Position numbers and translations under genes: made by a program. Of a stretch of 64,000 nucleotides of DNA, positions 40,425 to 50,220 are shown piece by piece; within the stretch, counting starts at the first letter, position 1; each line of letters starts with the position of its first letter. Under the pieces are notes generated by a model that worked only from the letters and a program-made list of their open reading frames with translations, ran no database searches and had not been told where the DNA came from. This DNA comes from an uncultured Pseudomonadota bacterium (GTDB lineage Bacteria > Pseudomonadota > Gammaproteobacteria > Burkholderiales > JALYOK01), in assembly GCA_963840785.1 (NCBI GenBank), contig CAWJAF010000004.1, positions 273,100-337,099 of the forward strand, written 5' to 3'.

Positions 40425-41420
40425 TTAGGGGCGTTTGGCCAGGCGGCTTCGTGCTTTTGTCGCGGCTTCGGAATTTGGATATTTCGAGACAATATCTTCC
40501 AAGGTGATGCGCGCGGCGCTCTGGTCGTTTAGATCGCTTTGAATCGTTGCGATGTTCAACATCGAGTCAGGTACCTTCGGCGAATCGGGATAACGCTTCA
40601 GCAATTGCTGATGGGCGCCGAGTGCGGCCCTGAGATCCTTCAGGTTATAAAAACTGATGCCGATCCAATACTGCGCGTTCGACGCCAGAATGCTGCTTGG
40701 ATATTGCTCGATGAACCCACGAAACGCATTGACTGCGCCTTGATAATTTCCCGAACGAAAAATTTTGTGCGCATCTTCGTAAGATCGAATATCACCGCCA
40801 CCTTCAGCCGCCGGTGCAGCGGGTTTGGGTGGCATTGCTGCCGAAGTCGGCGGCTTAGGCGCGGGCTTCGGCGTTAGCACAGCAGTCGGCGGTGGGCTCG
40901 CCGGTACCGGCGCCGACGGAGCCGGTGGCGCAATCGTGACAGCAGGCTTTGTCTCTTCTTTCACCACCGGTGGGCTGGTTTCGGCTACAGGCGCGTCGGT
41001 TTTGGTCTCGGCGGTTGGTGCGCTCAGTTGCGTCGGCGGCGGGGCGTCGCTGGACGACGGCGTTGAACCGGGCTTTTCGATTTGTCGCAAGCGGCTATCT
41101 AAATCAAGATAGAGCTCACGCTGGCGTTTTTGCGTGGTCTCGATTTGATTGTTTTGCAATTCGATTTGCCCACGCAGTTTGCCCATCTCATCTTTAAGTT
41201 GTTCGATCTGGTTCACCATTTCGACCAACCCAAGATTCTTGATGCCCACCTCAAGCGAATTCATACGTTTGTCGAGATTGCGGAACTGCTTCTCCATTTC
41301 CGACTTGGTATCGGCAATTTCTTGCCGCGCCTTGTTATCGACGTCCTCACCAAAAAGTGCTGCGAAACTTCCCTGCTGCGAGGCGAGCAGTGCAACACCC
41401 AGTAGCCACGCGTGCTTCAT
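40425..41420 (-). CDS. cpoB: Tol-Pal system protein CpoB (YbgF) with long Pro/Ala-rich linker
   Basis: Signal peptide, then an N-terminal coiled coil, then about 100 aa of P/A/T-rich linker, then C-terminal TPR repeats (YQGAVNAFRGFIEQYP...). Confidence 0.88.
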   Translation of the reverse strand: MKHAWLLGVALLASQQGSFAALFGEDVDNKARQEIADTKSEMEKQFRNLDKRMNSLEVGIKNLGLVEMVNQIEQLKDEMGKLRGQIELQNNQIETTQKRQRELYLDLDSRLRQIEKPGSTPSSSDAPPPTQLSAPTAETKTDAPVAETSPPVVKEETKPAVTIAPPAPSAPVPASPPPTAVLTPKPAPKPPTSAAMPPKPAAPAAEGGGDIRSYEDAHKIFRSGNYQGAVNAFRGFIEQYPSSILASNAQYWIGISFYNLKDLRAALGAHQQLLKRYPDSPKVPDSMLNIATIQSDLNDQSAARITLEDIVSKYPNSEAATKARSRLAKRP

Positions 41421-41423
41421 CGA

Positions 41424-42080
41424 TTACTCACCTTGGTAGAGGATATCGGCGCGGCGATTTTGCACGTACGCGGAATCATCATGACCGGCATTCTTCGGCT
41501 TTTCTTCGCCGTAACTCACGCCTTCAATCTGATTATCTTTCACACCCAACACCGTCATAATGCGGCGCACCGCATCAGCACGTTTTTGGCCCAGCGCGAG
41601 GTTATATTCACGGCTACCGCGCTCGTCGGTATGCCCTTGCAAATAAATTTTCGAGCTGGGATTCTCCACTAAAAATTTTGCATGGGCTTGAAGCACTGGC
41701 TTGTATTCATCTTTTACGCTGAAGCTATCGTAGTCGAAATAGATACTCCGCTGCGCTAGATTTCCGGTGGCATTGGCGCCCGGCGTTGCTGCGCCACCGG
41801 CACCGCCGGTACCCGCCGAACCATTGCCGTCGACACCCGCGCCGCCCGCGCCTGCAGTGCTGCCGCGAATACCGTCGGCACCCGCAGCATCGCCATCGGT
41901 GCCGGATCCGCCACCCTGACCAGCGCCGCCGTCCTTACCGGCGCCACCGCCCGAGGCATCACCACCAATGCTCTTTTCTTCTACCTGAGCTTTCTTGCCA
42001 TCACTAATGGGCGCTGGCTTGCGCGTGGCGCAACCGACAACTGTTAAAGCGATCAAAAGCATCAATAGAATTTTCTTCAT
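41424..42080 (-). CDS. pal: peptidoglycan-associated lipoprotein Pal with expanded Gly/Ala linker
   Basis: Lipobox ALTVVGC. About 75 aa of G/A/D-rich linker. OmpA-like domain (IYFDYDSF...GHTDERGSREYNLALGQKRA). Confidence 0.93.
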   Translation of the reverse strand: MKKILLMLLIALTVVGCATRKPAPISDGKKAQVEEKSIGGDASGGGAGKDGGAGQGGGSGTDGDAAGADGIRGSTAGAGGAGVDGNGSAGTGGAGGAATPGANATGNLAQRSIYFDYDSFSVKDEYKPVLQAHAKFLVENPSSKIYLQGHTDERGSREYNLALGQKRADAVRRIMTVLGVKDNQIEGVSYGEEKPKNAGHDDSAYVQNRRADILYQGE

Positions 42081-42117
42081 TACGTTTCCTTAAGCAAATT
42101 TAAAGAGGATTGCTACG

Positions 42118-43395
42118 TTACTTCAACATCGGGCCCCACGCCGGCTCGCGAATATCACCCGCCTGAGTCGTGAGGCGCTGCTTGATACGTCCATCGTTTG
42201 AAACCGTCGCCAACATGCCTTTACCTTTGACATTCGTGGCGTATAAAATCGTGCGCCCGTTCGGCGCGAAGCTCGGCGACTCGTCTAACCCGGTGTCCGT
42301 TAACACTTGAATCTGCGACGTCTCGAGTTCTTGCATCACCACGCGATATTGGCCGCCGTTACGCTGAATATAAATCAAATTCTTGCCATCAGGACTATAG
42401 CGCGGTGAAACATTATAGGTACCGCTAAAGGTCATTCGCTGCACCTCGCCACCTGCTGCGGACGCGCGATATACCTGTGGACTGCCGCCGCGATCAGACG
42501 TGAAGGCAATGTATTTGCCATCCGGCGAATAAGCCGGTTCCGTGTCGATTCCCCCGCTACTGGCAATGCGTGTCGGCGTACCGCTACCGTCGGCATTCAT
42601 CAAATAGAGTTGCGAACCACCATCCTTCGTCAGCGTAACGGCAAGTTTGGTTCCGTCCGGCGACCACGCCGGCGCGCTGTTGTTTCCCTTGAATGCAGCG
42701 ACAACGCTGCGCGCGCCTGTCGACAAAGATTGCACCATCACAATGGGTTTTTTCTGCTCAAAAGAAACGTAGGCGATCTTCGTTCCGTCCGGCGACCAGC
42801 TCGGGGAAATCACCGGCTCGGTGGAAGCCAATACAGTTTGTTCGTTATAACCATCGGCATCCGCGACTTTCAGCAGATAACTCGTCGCTTGCTTCACAAC
42901 ATAGGTAATTTTGGTGTTGAATGCACCCGGCTCGCCGAGCAGTTTTTCGTAAATCGCATCGGCGATCTTGTGCGCAGTCGGCCGCAATTGCGCCGGTACG
43001 ATGGTGTAATCAAGAGAGGTCAACTGAGCCTGCTTCGTAACGTCAAGTAGATGAAACCGCACTTGTAACTTGCCCGCTGCACCCGGCTCAAGCGTACCGA
43101 TCACCATCGCATCGGCACCACGACCACGCCAATCGGCAAAGGCCACGTCCTGGGGTTGTTTTAAATTGGGCTGCAGCCCGGCGGGATCGACCAGTTTAAA
43201 TAGACCCGTACGCGCTAAATCCGCGCCGATGATCTTGCTCAAATTTTGTTGGGTCGGCGTTTGGCCGGCGAAAGGCAGTATGGCAATGGGGATTTGCTTG
43301 GCACCTTGGACGCTAATTTCAATCGTCAATTCAGCGCGCGCGGCGAGGCCAAAAAAAAGCCCCCACAAGATAACAACGTATTTGAGTTGTTTCAT
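42118..43395 (-). CDS. tolB: Tol-Pal system beta-propeller protein TolB
   Basis: ATG at 43395 (MKQLKYVVILWGLFFGLAARA signal). Repeated PxWSPDG propeller blades. Confidence 0.95.
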   Translation of the reverse strand: MKQLKYVVILWGLFFGLAARAELTIEISVQGAKQIPIAILPFAGQTPTQQNLSKIIGADLARTGLFKLVDPAGLQPNLKQPQDVAFADWRGRGADAMVIGTLEPGAAGKLQVRFHLLDVTKQAQLTSLDYTIVPAQLRPTAHKIADAIYEKLLGEPGAFNTKITYVVKQATSYLLKVADADGYNEQTVLASTEPVISPSWSPDGTKIAYVSFEQKKPIVMVQSLSTGARSVVAAFKGNNSAPAWSPDGTKLAVTLTKDGGSQLYLMNADGSGTPTRIASSGGIDTEPAYSPDGKYIAFTSDRGGSPQVYRASAAGGEVQRMTFSGTYNVSPRYSPDGKNLIYIQRNGGQYRVVMQELETSQIQVLTDTGLDESPSFAPNGRTILYATNVKGKGMLATVSNDGRIKQRLTTQAGDIREPAWGPMLK

Positions 43396-43546
43396 ATTCG
43401 ATGTCGCGGTTGGCGTGAACGATATTGTAACCCCGGGAGCGAAAATCTCAAGAAAAACTTTTGCTATCCGATAGTTATGTTTGAAATACTGATGTAACTT
43501 GGCTGGATTTGCAACAGTGAAAATTAGGGAGGCCACGCCGTCCGAA

Positions 43547-44017
43547 TTACGCAAACTGCGCCTGCTCGTGACGCGCGAACACTTCGCCCCAACGCGTGTC
43601 CCAATCCTGCCCTAAAAAGTCCTCCATTTTTCCGTCTGGTTTGAAAAATCGATTGGGGATTTGGAACATGCCCAACAAGACCGCGCCCTGCGCTCCGCCC
43701 CAGGCTTCGTGACGGCTTCCCGCGGGACGCCATACATATTCACCGGCCGCGCAAGTGCCTTCGCCACACACCAACTCACCTTCCAAAACATAAGATTGTT
43801 CAATCAACACGTGTTCGTGGTCGGGAATTTTTGCCCCCGGCTGCAGACGCATCATCATCGTGAGTAGGCCTGAGCTCGGATCGATTAACAAAGTCTTAGT
43901 CTCGATGCCAGGATAAATCGCGCTTTTCTCCCAAGCCATCTCCCGCGCGTTAACAAATCTAGATGCCATGGATGGTAATGCGGCGTGGGAAGCTTCTTTG
44001 GGCGTGACGGCTGGCAT
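43547..44017 (-). CDS. ChrR-like cupin domain protein
   Basis: 156 aa. Cupin motif PGAKIPDHEHVLIEQSYVLEGEL...GEYVWRPAGSRHEAW. Strong SD caggag 7 nt upstream of the ATG. Confidence 0.8.
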   Translation of the reverse strand: MPAVTPKEASHAALPSMASRFVNAREMAWEKSAIYPGIETKTLLIDPSSGLLTMMMRLQPGAKIPDHEHVLIEQSYVLEGELVCGEGTCAAGEYVWRPAGSRHEAWGGAQGAVLLGMFQIPNRFFKPDGKMEDFLGQDWDTRWGEVFARHEQAQFA

Positions 44018-44177
44018 GACAAAACTCCTGAAAAATAAAACAGCGTTATGGCGAATATGGATCGCGGAGTTGCACGTTGCAACACAGGACGATATCGGCT
44101 ACAACCCAATACCAGCGCTGGCGCCAGCGAGATATGCCTACAAAACAAGCATCCATGCGCCTTCCAGCCATGCCGCC

Positions 44178-45854
44178 TTAACGATGCGTATAAGTAAACG
44201 GCAAGCGCAATTCGCGAAACTCACGGAACAATTCCGGATTATTCGGCGGCACCGGCAGCGGTGCCGATTTGTAAATGCTGCGCTCGACCGCTTCGTCGTA
44301 AGCTGGGTTGCCGCTAGATTTCACTAACGTCGCGCTTAACACTTCACCCGTCGGCAACAACACGATCTTAAACTCGGCGCGTGGATTGCCGGTCATACCT
44401 TCCGGTGCAAAGGTGTTCTGCTCGATCTTGGCTTTGATCTTGCCGATGTATTCGTCCTTCAATTTTTTCGCCGCTTCCGCCTGCTGACGCACACGCTCAG
44501 CGGCCTCTTTACCGGCTTTTTCCTTGGCTGCGCGTTCTTCGTCTTGCTTACGCTTCTCTTCGGCAAGGCGTTTTTCTTCCTCTTGTTTTTTGCGTTCCTC
44601 GTCCTTCCGTTTTTCCTCGGCGACGCGTTTTTCCTCTTCCTGCTTTTTCTTTTCTTCCTCTTTGTGCTTTTCTTCCGCAAGCTTTTTCTCTTGCTCTTTC
44701 TTTTCCTCCTCCTTGCGTTTTTCTTCAGCTAACTGCTTTTCTTCCTCACGTTTCCTCTCTTTTTCTTTGTCTTTATCTTCATCGTCGCGTTTTTGCTTCT
44801 CAGCGGTTTCCGCTTTTTCTTTGTCCTCTTGAGCTTGTTTTTTCTCCTGCTCTTTCTCCCGTTTACGCTCGTCCTCTGCCTTTTTCTTGTCGCTTTCCGC
44901 TTTATTCTTTTCCTCGAGGAGATGCTTTTTCTCTTCTTCCGATTTCTTGCGTTCGTCTTCCGCTTTTTGCTTATCTTCCACCAGACGTTTCTTCTCTTCG
45001 TCGGTTTTCTTGCGTTCCTCCAACGCGCGTTTTTTCTCCTCGTCACGCTCGCGTTTGCGTTCTTCTTCGGCCTTGCGCTTTTCTTCCTTCTTCTCTTCTT
45101 CGACTTTTTTGCGATCTTCCTGCAAGCGGCGCTTTTCCTCGTCCGCCTTTTCTTTTTCTTCGACGAGACGTTTCTTTTCCTCCTCGATTTTTTGTTTCTC
45201 TTCGATCGCGCGGCGTTTTTCTTCCTCCATGCGCTCTTTCTCCTCCTCGGCCTTACGCTTTTCTTCCTCTGCTTTGCGCTTTTCGTCCTCAACGCGACGC
45301 TTTTCTTCTTCCACCTTGCGCTTCTGTTCTAGGGCAAGTTCAGCTTGCTCCAATAACTTCTGTTTCTCGGCATCGTGCTCCTTGCGCGCCAATTCTTGCT
45401 CAAGCTCAAGCTTCTTTTTCTCTTGGTCAAAATGTTGACGAAGCTGCGCGTCCTCGAGCTTACGCTGCTTCTCGTAATCGGCGGCGGCTTCCTGGTGTTT
45501 GCGCTTTTCGTTTACCAACTCTTCCCTGAGTTTTTTGGTCTCGGATTCGGTACGCGGCTTTTCCGGCTTGGGCGGGACTACTTTGACCTTGGGGTCGGCC
45601 TTGGTTTTTATGTCTGTGGCAGACGATTTGGCATTGGAAGGGGGCGGTTTGACAGTTTCTTGCGGCGGTGGAATCGCATGATCTGCCGCGGTCGCCTGGG
45701 TGATCGGTATGTCTTCCCAAAGATCGACTTCGATCGGCTCCGGCTGTTTGGTTTGCCAACTGACACCAAACAACAACAGGCCAAAGAATAAAACGTGGAC
45801 GACCGTGGCTAACAGCAGCGCGCGTAGACGGCCTCTCTCACGCGGATCTTGCAT
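44178..45854 (-). CDS. tolA: TolA with greatly expanded Lys/Glu-rich helical domain II
   Basis: 558 aa. N-terminal TM (LRALLLATVVHVLFFGLLLFGV), then about 340 aa of EEKRKAEEEK-type repeats, then a C-terminal TolA/TonB-like domain (GNPAYDEAVERSIYKSAPLPVPP). Confidence 0.9.
   Translation of the reverse strand: MQDPRERGRLRALLLATVVHVLFFGLLLFGVSWQTKQPEPIEVDLWEDIPITQATAADHAIPPPQETVKPPPSNAKSSATDIKTKADPKVKVVPPKPEKPRTESETKKLREELVNEKRKHQEAAADYEKQRKLEDAQLRQHFDQEKKKLELEQELARKEHDAEKQKLLEQAELALEQKRKVEEEKRRVEDEKRKAEEEKRKAEEEKERMEEEKRRAIEEKQKIEEEKKRLVEEKEKADEEKRRLQEDRKKVEEEKKEEKRKAEEERKRERDEEKKRALEERKKTDEEKKRLVEDKQKAEDERKKSEEEKKHLLEEKNKAESDKKKAEDERKREKEQEKKQAQEDKEKAETAEKQKRDDEDKDKEKERKREEEKQLAEEKRKEEEKKEQEKKLAEEKHKEEEKKKQEEEKRVAEEKRKDEERKKQEEEKRLAEEKRKQDEERAAKEKAGKEAAERVRQQAEAAKKLKDEYIGKIKAKIEQNTFAPEGMTGNPRAEFKIVLLPTGEVLSATLVKSSGNPAYDEAVERSIYKSAPLPVPPNNPELFREFRELRLPFTYTHR
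44530..45560 (-). repeat. degenerate tandem GAA/AAG-rich coding repeats (TolA domain II)
   Basis: There is visible periodic reiteration of EEKKR/AEEKRK units. This generates many spurious ORFs in five other frames in the ORF track. Confidence 0.8.
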
Positions 45855-45952
45855 TAGAAACCTCTAATTAAGCCCATTACGGCTCACGTTATATCGAGAA
45901 GGGATGGATCGCTAGGTATCCGCGCGACCGCGAGGGACTTAATCAGAGGATC

Positions 45953-46369
45953 CTACCCTTTCCTCGGTTTCGCCAGCAGCCCGATTCGTTTGACATTTGC
46001 TTCACGCAACGCGTCCATTACCTTCATGACTTCGTCGTACTGAAGTGTTTTGTCGGCCGCGATCACGACAGACTGGTTGCTATTTTTCTCTTGACGCTTT
46101 TTCACCATGGAGCCAATTTCAAAACGCACCACTTCGATCTCTTTATCAGTCGTCGATCGATCGCGAAACCAAATCGACTTATCGGCACGCACCGTGATTT
46201 CAATCGGCGCGGTCACCGGACTGACGCTGCTGCCCATTCCGGGTAATTCGATTTGCCCTGGATTCACTAACGGCGCGGTCACCATAAAGATGACGAGCAA
46301 CACCAGCATCACATCGATGTAAGGCACGACGTTGATCTCGTTTTTCAGTTTCCTGGGTTTACGCAACAT
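45953..46369 (-). CDS. tolR: TolR (ExbD/TolR family)
   Basis: 138 aa. INVVPYIDVMLVLLVIFMV TM helix with the conserved Asp. Confidence 0.93.
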   Translation of the reverse strand: MLRKPRKLKNEINVVPYIDVMLVLLVIFMVTAPLVNPGQIELPGMGSSVSPVTAPIEITVRADKSIWFRDRSTTDKEIEVVRFEIGSMVKKRQEKNSNQSVVIAADKTLQYDEVMKVMDALREANVKRIGLLAKPRKG

Positions 46370-46372
46370 GGC

Positions 46373-47077
46373 TTACGGCACGTATTTTTCTGTAACAGTG
46401 GTATGCAATTGGCGTTGCAGAATATTGGAAAATTCTTCCATAAAACTTTCGAATCGGATCGATAATCGATCGATATCGTGGGTGAAGCGATTGTAGGCGA
46501 CCACCGCCGGAATCGCCGCAAACAAGCCCATGGCCGTTGCGATCAACGCTTCGGCAATGCCCGGCGCGACGTGAGAAAGCGTTGCCTGCGCTACGTTCGC
46601 GAGGCCGCGAAAGGAATTCATGATGCCCCAGACGGTACCGAACAATCCGACATAAGGACTGACCGAACCGACCGACGCGAGGAACGACATATGCGATTCC
46701 AACATGTCCATTTCGCGCTGGTACGTTGCACGCATGGCGCGGCGAGTGCCGTCCATGACGACGCTGACATCCATTCCCGGTTGGCGGCGATGTTTCAAAA
46801 ATTCGCGAAAACCTGCTTCGAATATTCGCTCCAATGTGCCGGTTTCTTTGCGGCCGCTGGTCGCGCCTTGGAACAGCGAATTCAAATCCGAGCCGCCCCA
46901 AAAGTCGCGCTCGAATTTTTCCGATTCCTGCTTCGCGCGCCGCACGGCGAACGTCTTGGTGAAAATGTAGGACCAAGAAATGAACGACGCGAGAAGCAAC
47001 AGCGCCATCACAATCTGCACCAGCACGCTGGCGCCGGTGATCAGGCTCAACAGCGACATGTCTGTATTTACATTCAC
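46373..47077 (-). CDS. tolQ: TolQ (MotA/TolQ/ExbB proton channel)
   Basis: 234 aa with three TM segments. SPYVGLFGTVWGIM motif. Confidence 0.95.
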   Translation of the reverse strand: MNVNTDMSLLSLITGASVLVQIVMALLLLASFISWSYIFTKTFAVRRAKQESEKFERDFWGGSDLNSLFQGATSGRKETGTLERIFEAGFREFLKHRRQPGMDVSVVMDGTRRAMRATYQREMDMLESHMSFLASVGSVSPYVGLFGTVWGIMNSFRGLANVAQATLSHVAPGIAEALIATAMGLFAAIPAVVAYNRFTHDIDRLSIRFESFMEEFSNILQRQLHTTVTEKYVP

Positions 47078-47079
47078 AC

Positions 47080-47493
47080 TCAGCTCACCTTATTCAATTT
47101 CTTGCGAACCACGTCCGGCAGAACAACCGGCTTTAATTTGTCCATATCGATATAAACGATACGAACCTCGGCTTGGGTTAACAACTCGCCGCCGCGCCGA
47201 ACCGTTTGGCGCAATTCTACAAAACAACTGCGTATCGACAGTACTTCCACTGTCGCTTCCAACCGATCACCAAGCGTTGCGGGCTTAAGATATTCGATAT
47301 TGACCCGATGCACAACAAAAGCTTGCCGTGCCGCCTGGGCGATTTTGACCAAATTAACGTCAATCGCGTTGAGCCATTCGACCCGCGCACGCTCAAAATA
47401 TTTTAGATAATTCGAGTGATACACCATGCCGAGCGTGTCAGTATCTTCGTAATACACGGACACGGGAAACGCAAACACGTCCGCGGTTTCCAT
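47080..47493 (-). CDS. ybgC: Tol-Pal-associated acyl-CoA thioesterase YbgC
   Basis: Hotdog fold with VYYEDTDTLGMVYHSNYLKYFE. Start is the ATG at 47493, or the GTG at 47529, which would overlap ruvB. Confidence 0.9.
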   Translation of the reverse strand: METADVFAFPVSVYYEDTDTLGMVYHSNYLKYFERARVEWLNAIDVNLVKIAQAARQAFVVHRVNIEYLKPATLGDRLEATVEVLSIRSCFVELRQTVRRGGELLTQAEVRIVYIDMDKLKPVVLPDVVRKKLNKVS

Positions 47494-47519
47494 CGCCCGG
47501 CCCAATTCATACACCGGTT

Positions 47520-48553
47520 TTATCGCCACAGATCCCCCGTTGCCGGCATCGTTTGCCCGGGTAAGCCCAGATGCTGGTAGGCAAGCGGCGTAGCCATGCG
47601 GCCGCGCGGCGTCCGATGCAGATAACCTTGCTGAATCAAATAGGGTTCCAACACATCTTCAATGGTATCGCGCTCTTCACCGATTGCTGCGGCGACATTA
47701 TCCAGACCCACGGGCCCGCCGTTGAATTTTTCGATGATGGCGCAAAGCAGCTTACGGTCCATCACATCCAAGCCGACAACGTCGACATCGAGCATCGCCA
47801 GCCCCGCATCGGCGATTTCTTTACTGACCTTTCCGGTGCCCTTTACTTCCGCGTAATCGCGCACACGGCGCAGCAGGCGATTCGCAATACGCGGCGTACC
47901 GCGCGAACGACGTGCGATTTCCAGCGTACCGTCGTCCGTAATTTCGACGTTCAATAAACGAGCGGAACGATTGACGATGCGCTTTAACTCCTCTGGCGTA
48001 TAAAACTCCAGGCGCGCGACGATCCCGAAGCGATCCCGAAGCGGATTGGTGAGCATGCCGGCGCGGGTGGTCGCCCCCACGAGAGTAAATGGTGGCAAAT
48101 CGAGCTTTACCGAGCGCGCCGCCGGTCCCTCGCCGATCATGATATCGATCTGAAAATCTTCCAGTGCTGGGTACAAAATTTCTTCGACGACCGGCGACAG
48201 GCGATGAATTTCATCGATAAACAACACGTCGTTCGGTTCGAGATTAGTAAGAATCGCGGCGAGATCGCCGGCACGCTCCAGCACCGGGCCGAGGTTTGCC
48301 GCAGATTCACGCCCATCTCGCGAGCGATGATATGGGCCAAAGTGGTCTTGCCCAAACCAGGCGGACCGAACAACAAAACATGATCGAGCGATTCTTTGCG
48401 TTGCCGCGCCGCTTGAATAAAAATCTCCAATTGGCCGCGCGCTTTTTCCTGGCCGACATATTCGTCGAGCATTTTCGGGCGCAACGCGCGCTCCTGTGCC
48501 TCTTCCTGCGGCGAGGCCGGGGCCGGGGAAATCATGCGATCGGTTTCAATCAT
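47520..48553 (-). pseudogene. ruvB: Holliday junction helicase RuvB, one frame break
   Basis: The N-terminus ([11 protein letters not shown]) is in ORF 48137..48553 and the rest in ORF 47520..48284. The junction NLRQTS | [31 protein letters not shown] is restored by adding one base near 48289-48291. Confidence 0.92.
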
Positions 48554-48568
48554 GACGCGTGAATTTCT

Positions 48569-49150
48569 CTATTGTTTGGATAACTGCTTAAGCGCCTGCC
48601 GAATGCTTTCCGAAACGCTCAAATCGTTGGGAATTTGCTTCAGCGCCCATTGCGCTTCGCGGTCATTGTAGCCGAGGGCCAATAGCGCATTCAGCACATC
48701 GCCGTTGTTGGCTTTTGGCGTTCCGACTGCTGCCGACATGCTCGATACGTGGTCTAATTTATCGCGCAATTCCAGCACTAAGCGCTCGGCGGTTTTTTTT
48801 CCGACGCCGGGAATTTTCGTCAGTCGCCCCGTTTCTTGCATCGCCACAGTTTGTGCTAAATCTGAAACCGACAGTCCACTCAAAACAGATAACGCTAATT
48901 TAGGCCCGACGCCGCTGATTTTAAGTAATTGGCGAAACACACGGCGCTCATCGTCGCTGCCAAAACCATAGAGCAAATGCGCGTCTTCGCGCACCACCAA
49001 ATGGGTAAACAACGTAATCGATTCACCCAAGCCCGGCAAGTTGTAAAACGTACTCATCGGCACGTCAAGCTCGTAACCAAGTCCCTGGACATCGACGATA
49101 ATTTGCGGCGGCTGCTTCTCGATAAGCTTGCCGCTTAAGCGGCCAATCAT
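48569..49150 (-). CDS. ruvA: Holliday junction DNA-binding protein RuvA
   Basis: 193 aa. MIGRLSGKL... followed by HhH motifs ([22 protein letters not shown]). Confidence 0.96.
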   Translation of the reverse strand: MIGRLSGKLIEKQPPQIIVDVQGLGYELDVPMSTFYNLPGLGESITLFTHLVVREDAHLLYGFGSDDERRVFRQLLKISGVGPKLALSVLSGLSVSDLAQTVAMQETGRLTKIPGVGKKTAERLVLELRDKLDHVSSMSAAVGTPKANNGDVLNALLALGYNDREAQWALKQIPNDLSVSESIRQALKQLSKQ

Positions 49151-49785
49151 CGCACCAATCTACCATTTTTCATGCGAAAGCCCGCCGTCGCGAGCCCGCC
49201 CATGCCCATGCCACCATGGGCGTGACAAATCGCGCACGCCAACGCGTCAGCGGCATCGGCTTGAGGGGCGGCTGGCAAGTTCAACAATCGTTTGACCATC
49301 TCTTGGACTTGTTCTTTTTTCGCATGGCCATTGCCGACCACGGACTGTTTAACTTGCAAGGCGGTGTATTCGAATACCGCAAGCTCCTTCGCCACTGCTG
49401 CGCAGATCGCCACGCCACGCGCCTGCCCGAGCAACAAAGTCGATTGCGGGTTAACGTTGACGAAAACTTTCTCCACCGCTACCTGCTGCGGTTGATAGGT
49501 CGCGATAATTTCGCGTAAGCCCTCCCAAATCGTCTTTAACCGCGCCGGCAAATCATCCGTCGCTTTTGTTTTGATCGAGCCACTCACCACATAGGTCAAT
49601 CGATCAGATTTTTCGAGCACGCCAAACCCCGTGGCGCGCAATCCCGGATCCAATCCGAGGATACGGATGGTCGGAGCGGTTATTGACGTCGCTCCGGCTT
49701 TGAAACTGGGCCAAGGTCGTAGCCTTCGATCGCAAATCGATCTTGGATGCGTCGCTGAAGCTCTGGGCCCAACTCCGTGCTCCAT
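49147..49785 (-). CDS. ruvC: Holliday junction resolvase RuvC (start codon unresolved)
   Basis: The catalytic core starts at [16 protein letters not shown] (about 49668). There is no ATG, GTG or TTG between the upstream gene stop (49680) and the core. The only in-frame ATG (49785) overlaps the DUF2059 gene by about 100 nt. Confidence 0.85.
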   Translation of the reverse strand: MEHGVGPRASATHPRSICDRRLRPWPSFKAGATSITAPTIRILGLDPGLRATGFGVLEKSDRLTYVVSGSIKTKATDDLPARLKTIWEGLREIIATYQPQQVAVEKVFVNVNPQSTLLLGQARGVAICAAVAKELAVFEYTALQVKQSVVGNGHAKKEQVQEMVKRLLNLPAAPQADAADALACAICHAHGGMGMGGLATAGFRMKNGRLVR

Positions 49786-50219
49786 TGTTGCCCCACTTCC
49801 ATACCCTTTTTAAACAATTCGTCCTGAACGGAACGCATCTTAGCGCCAATTGGGGAGCGATGAAATGCAATGAGTCCCTTCACTTCATCGTGGCTAAAGA
49901 TTTCCGCGTAAATCGGCACGAATCGGGCAATTAGGCCATTCGGGGTATCGATGTTTTCTTGGAAACTTTTTTGCGTTTCCTCTTCGATAATCGTGAATGC
50001 CCGCGCCGGCAGATCCGGCCGGACTTGTCGCACAGACTCGCTTATCTGCTGAACTACAACGCCCGCCATGCGCATCGCCAGATTACCGGTGCCGGAAAGT
50101 TTGAACAATGCTTGAATGTCGGCGCTCTTTGCTGGCGTAAGCTCGTCGGCGCGTAGCGAATCAACCGACAAGAATGACAGCATAAAAACAAAAAAAGGCG
50201 CCGACACGTTCAGGCGCAC
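49680..50219 (-). CDS. DUF2059-like periplasmic protein
   Basis: Probable GTG start at 50219 gives the signal peptide [24 protein letters not shown]. The helical body contains ...[20 protein letters not shown]. Confidence 0.65.
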   Translation of the reverse strand: MRLNVSAPFFVFMLSFLSVDSLRADELTPAKSADIQALFKLSGTGNLAMRMAGVVVQQISESVRQVRPDLPARAFTIIEEETQKSFQENIDTPNGLIARFVPIYAEIFSHDEVKGLIAFHRSPIGAKMRSVQDELFKKGMEVGQQWSTELGPELQRRIQDRFAIEGYDLGPVSKPERRQ

Positions 50220-50220
50220 G

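Noticed and set aside
44480-45560. Periodic repeats that might suggest a CRISPR array or a satellite.
   Set aside because: The repeats are short, degenerate and contiguous, with no unique spacers. They lie in frame within a protein that has a bona fide TolA N-terminal anchor and C-terminal domain.
44459-45791. About ten ORFs of 60-187 aa in five other frames across tolA (for example 44729..45292 minus, 44793..45332 plus, 44887..45438 plus).
   Set aside because: Their translations are pure low-complexity strings (runs of K/R, F/L or S). These are produced by reading the GAA/AAG-rich TolA repeat region out of frame or antisense. They have no independent start signals.
46359-47155. A 205-aa minus-strand ORF and a 225-aa plus-strand ORF overlapping tolQ.
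   Set aside because: These are shadow ORFs. The TolQ frame has the three TM helices and the conserved MotA/TolQ/ExbB motif.
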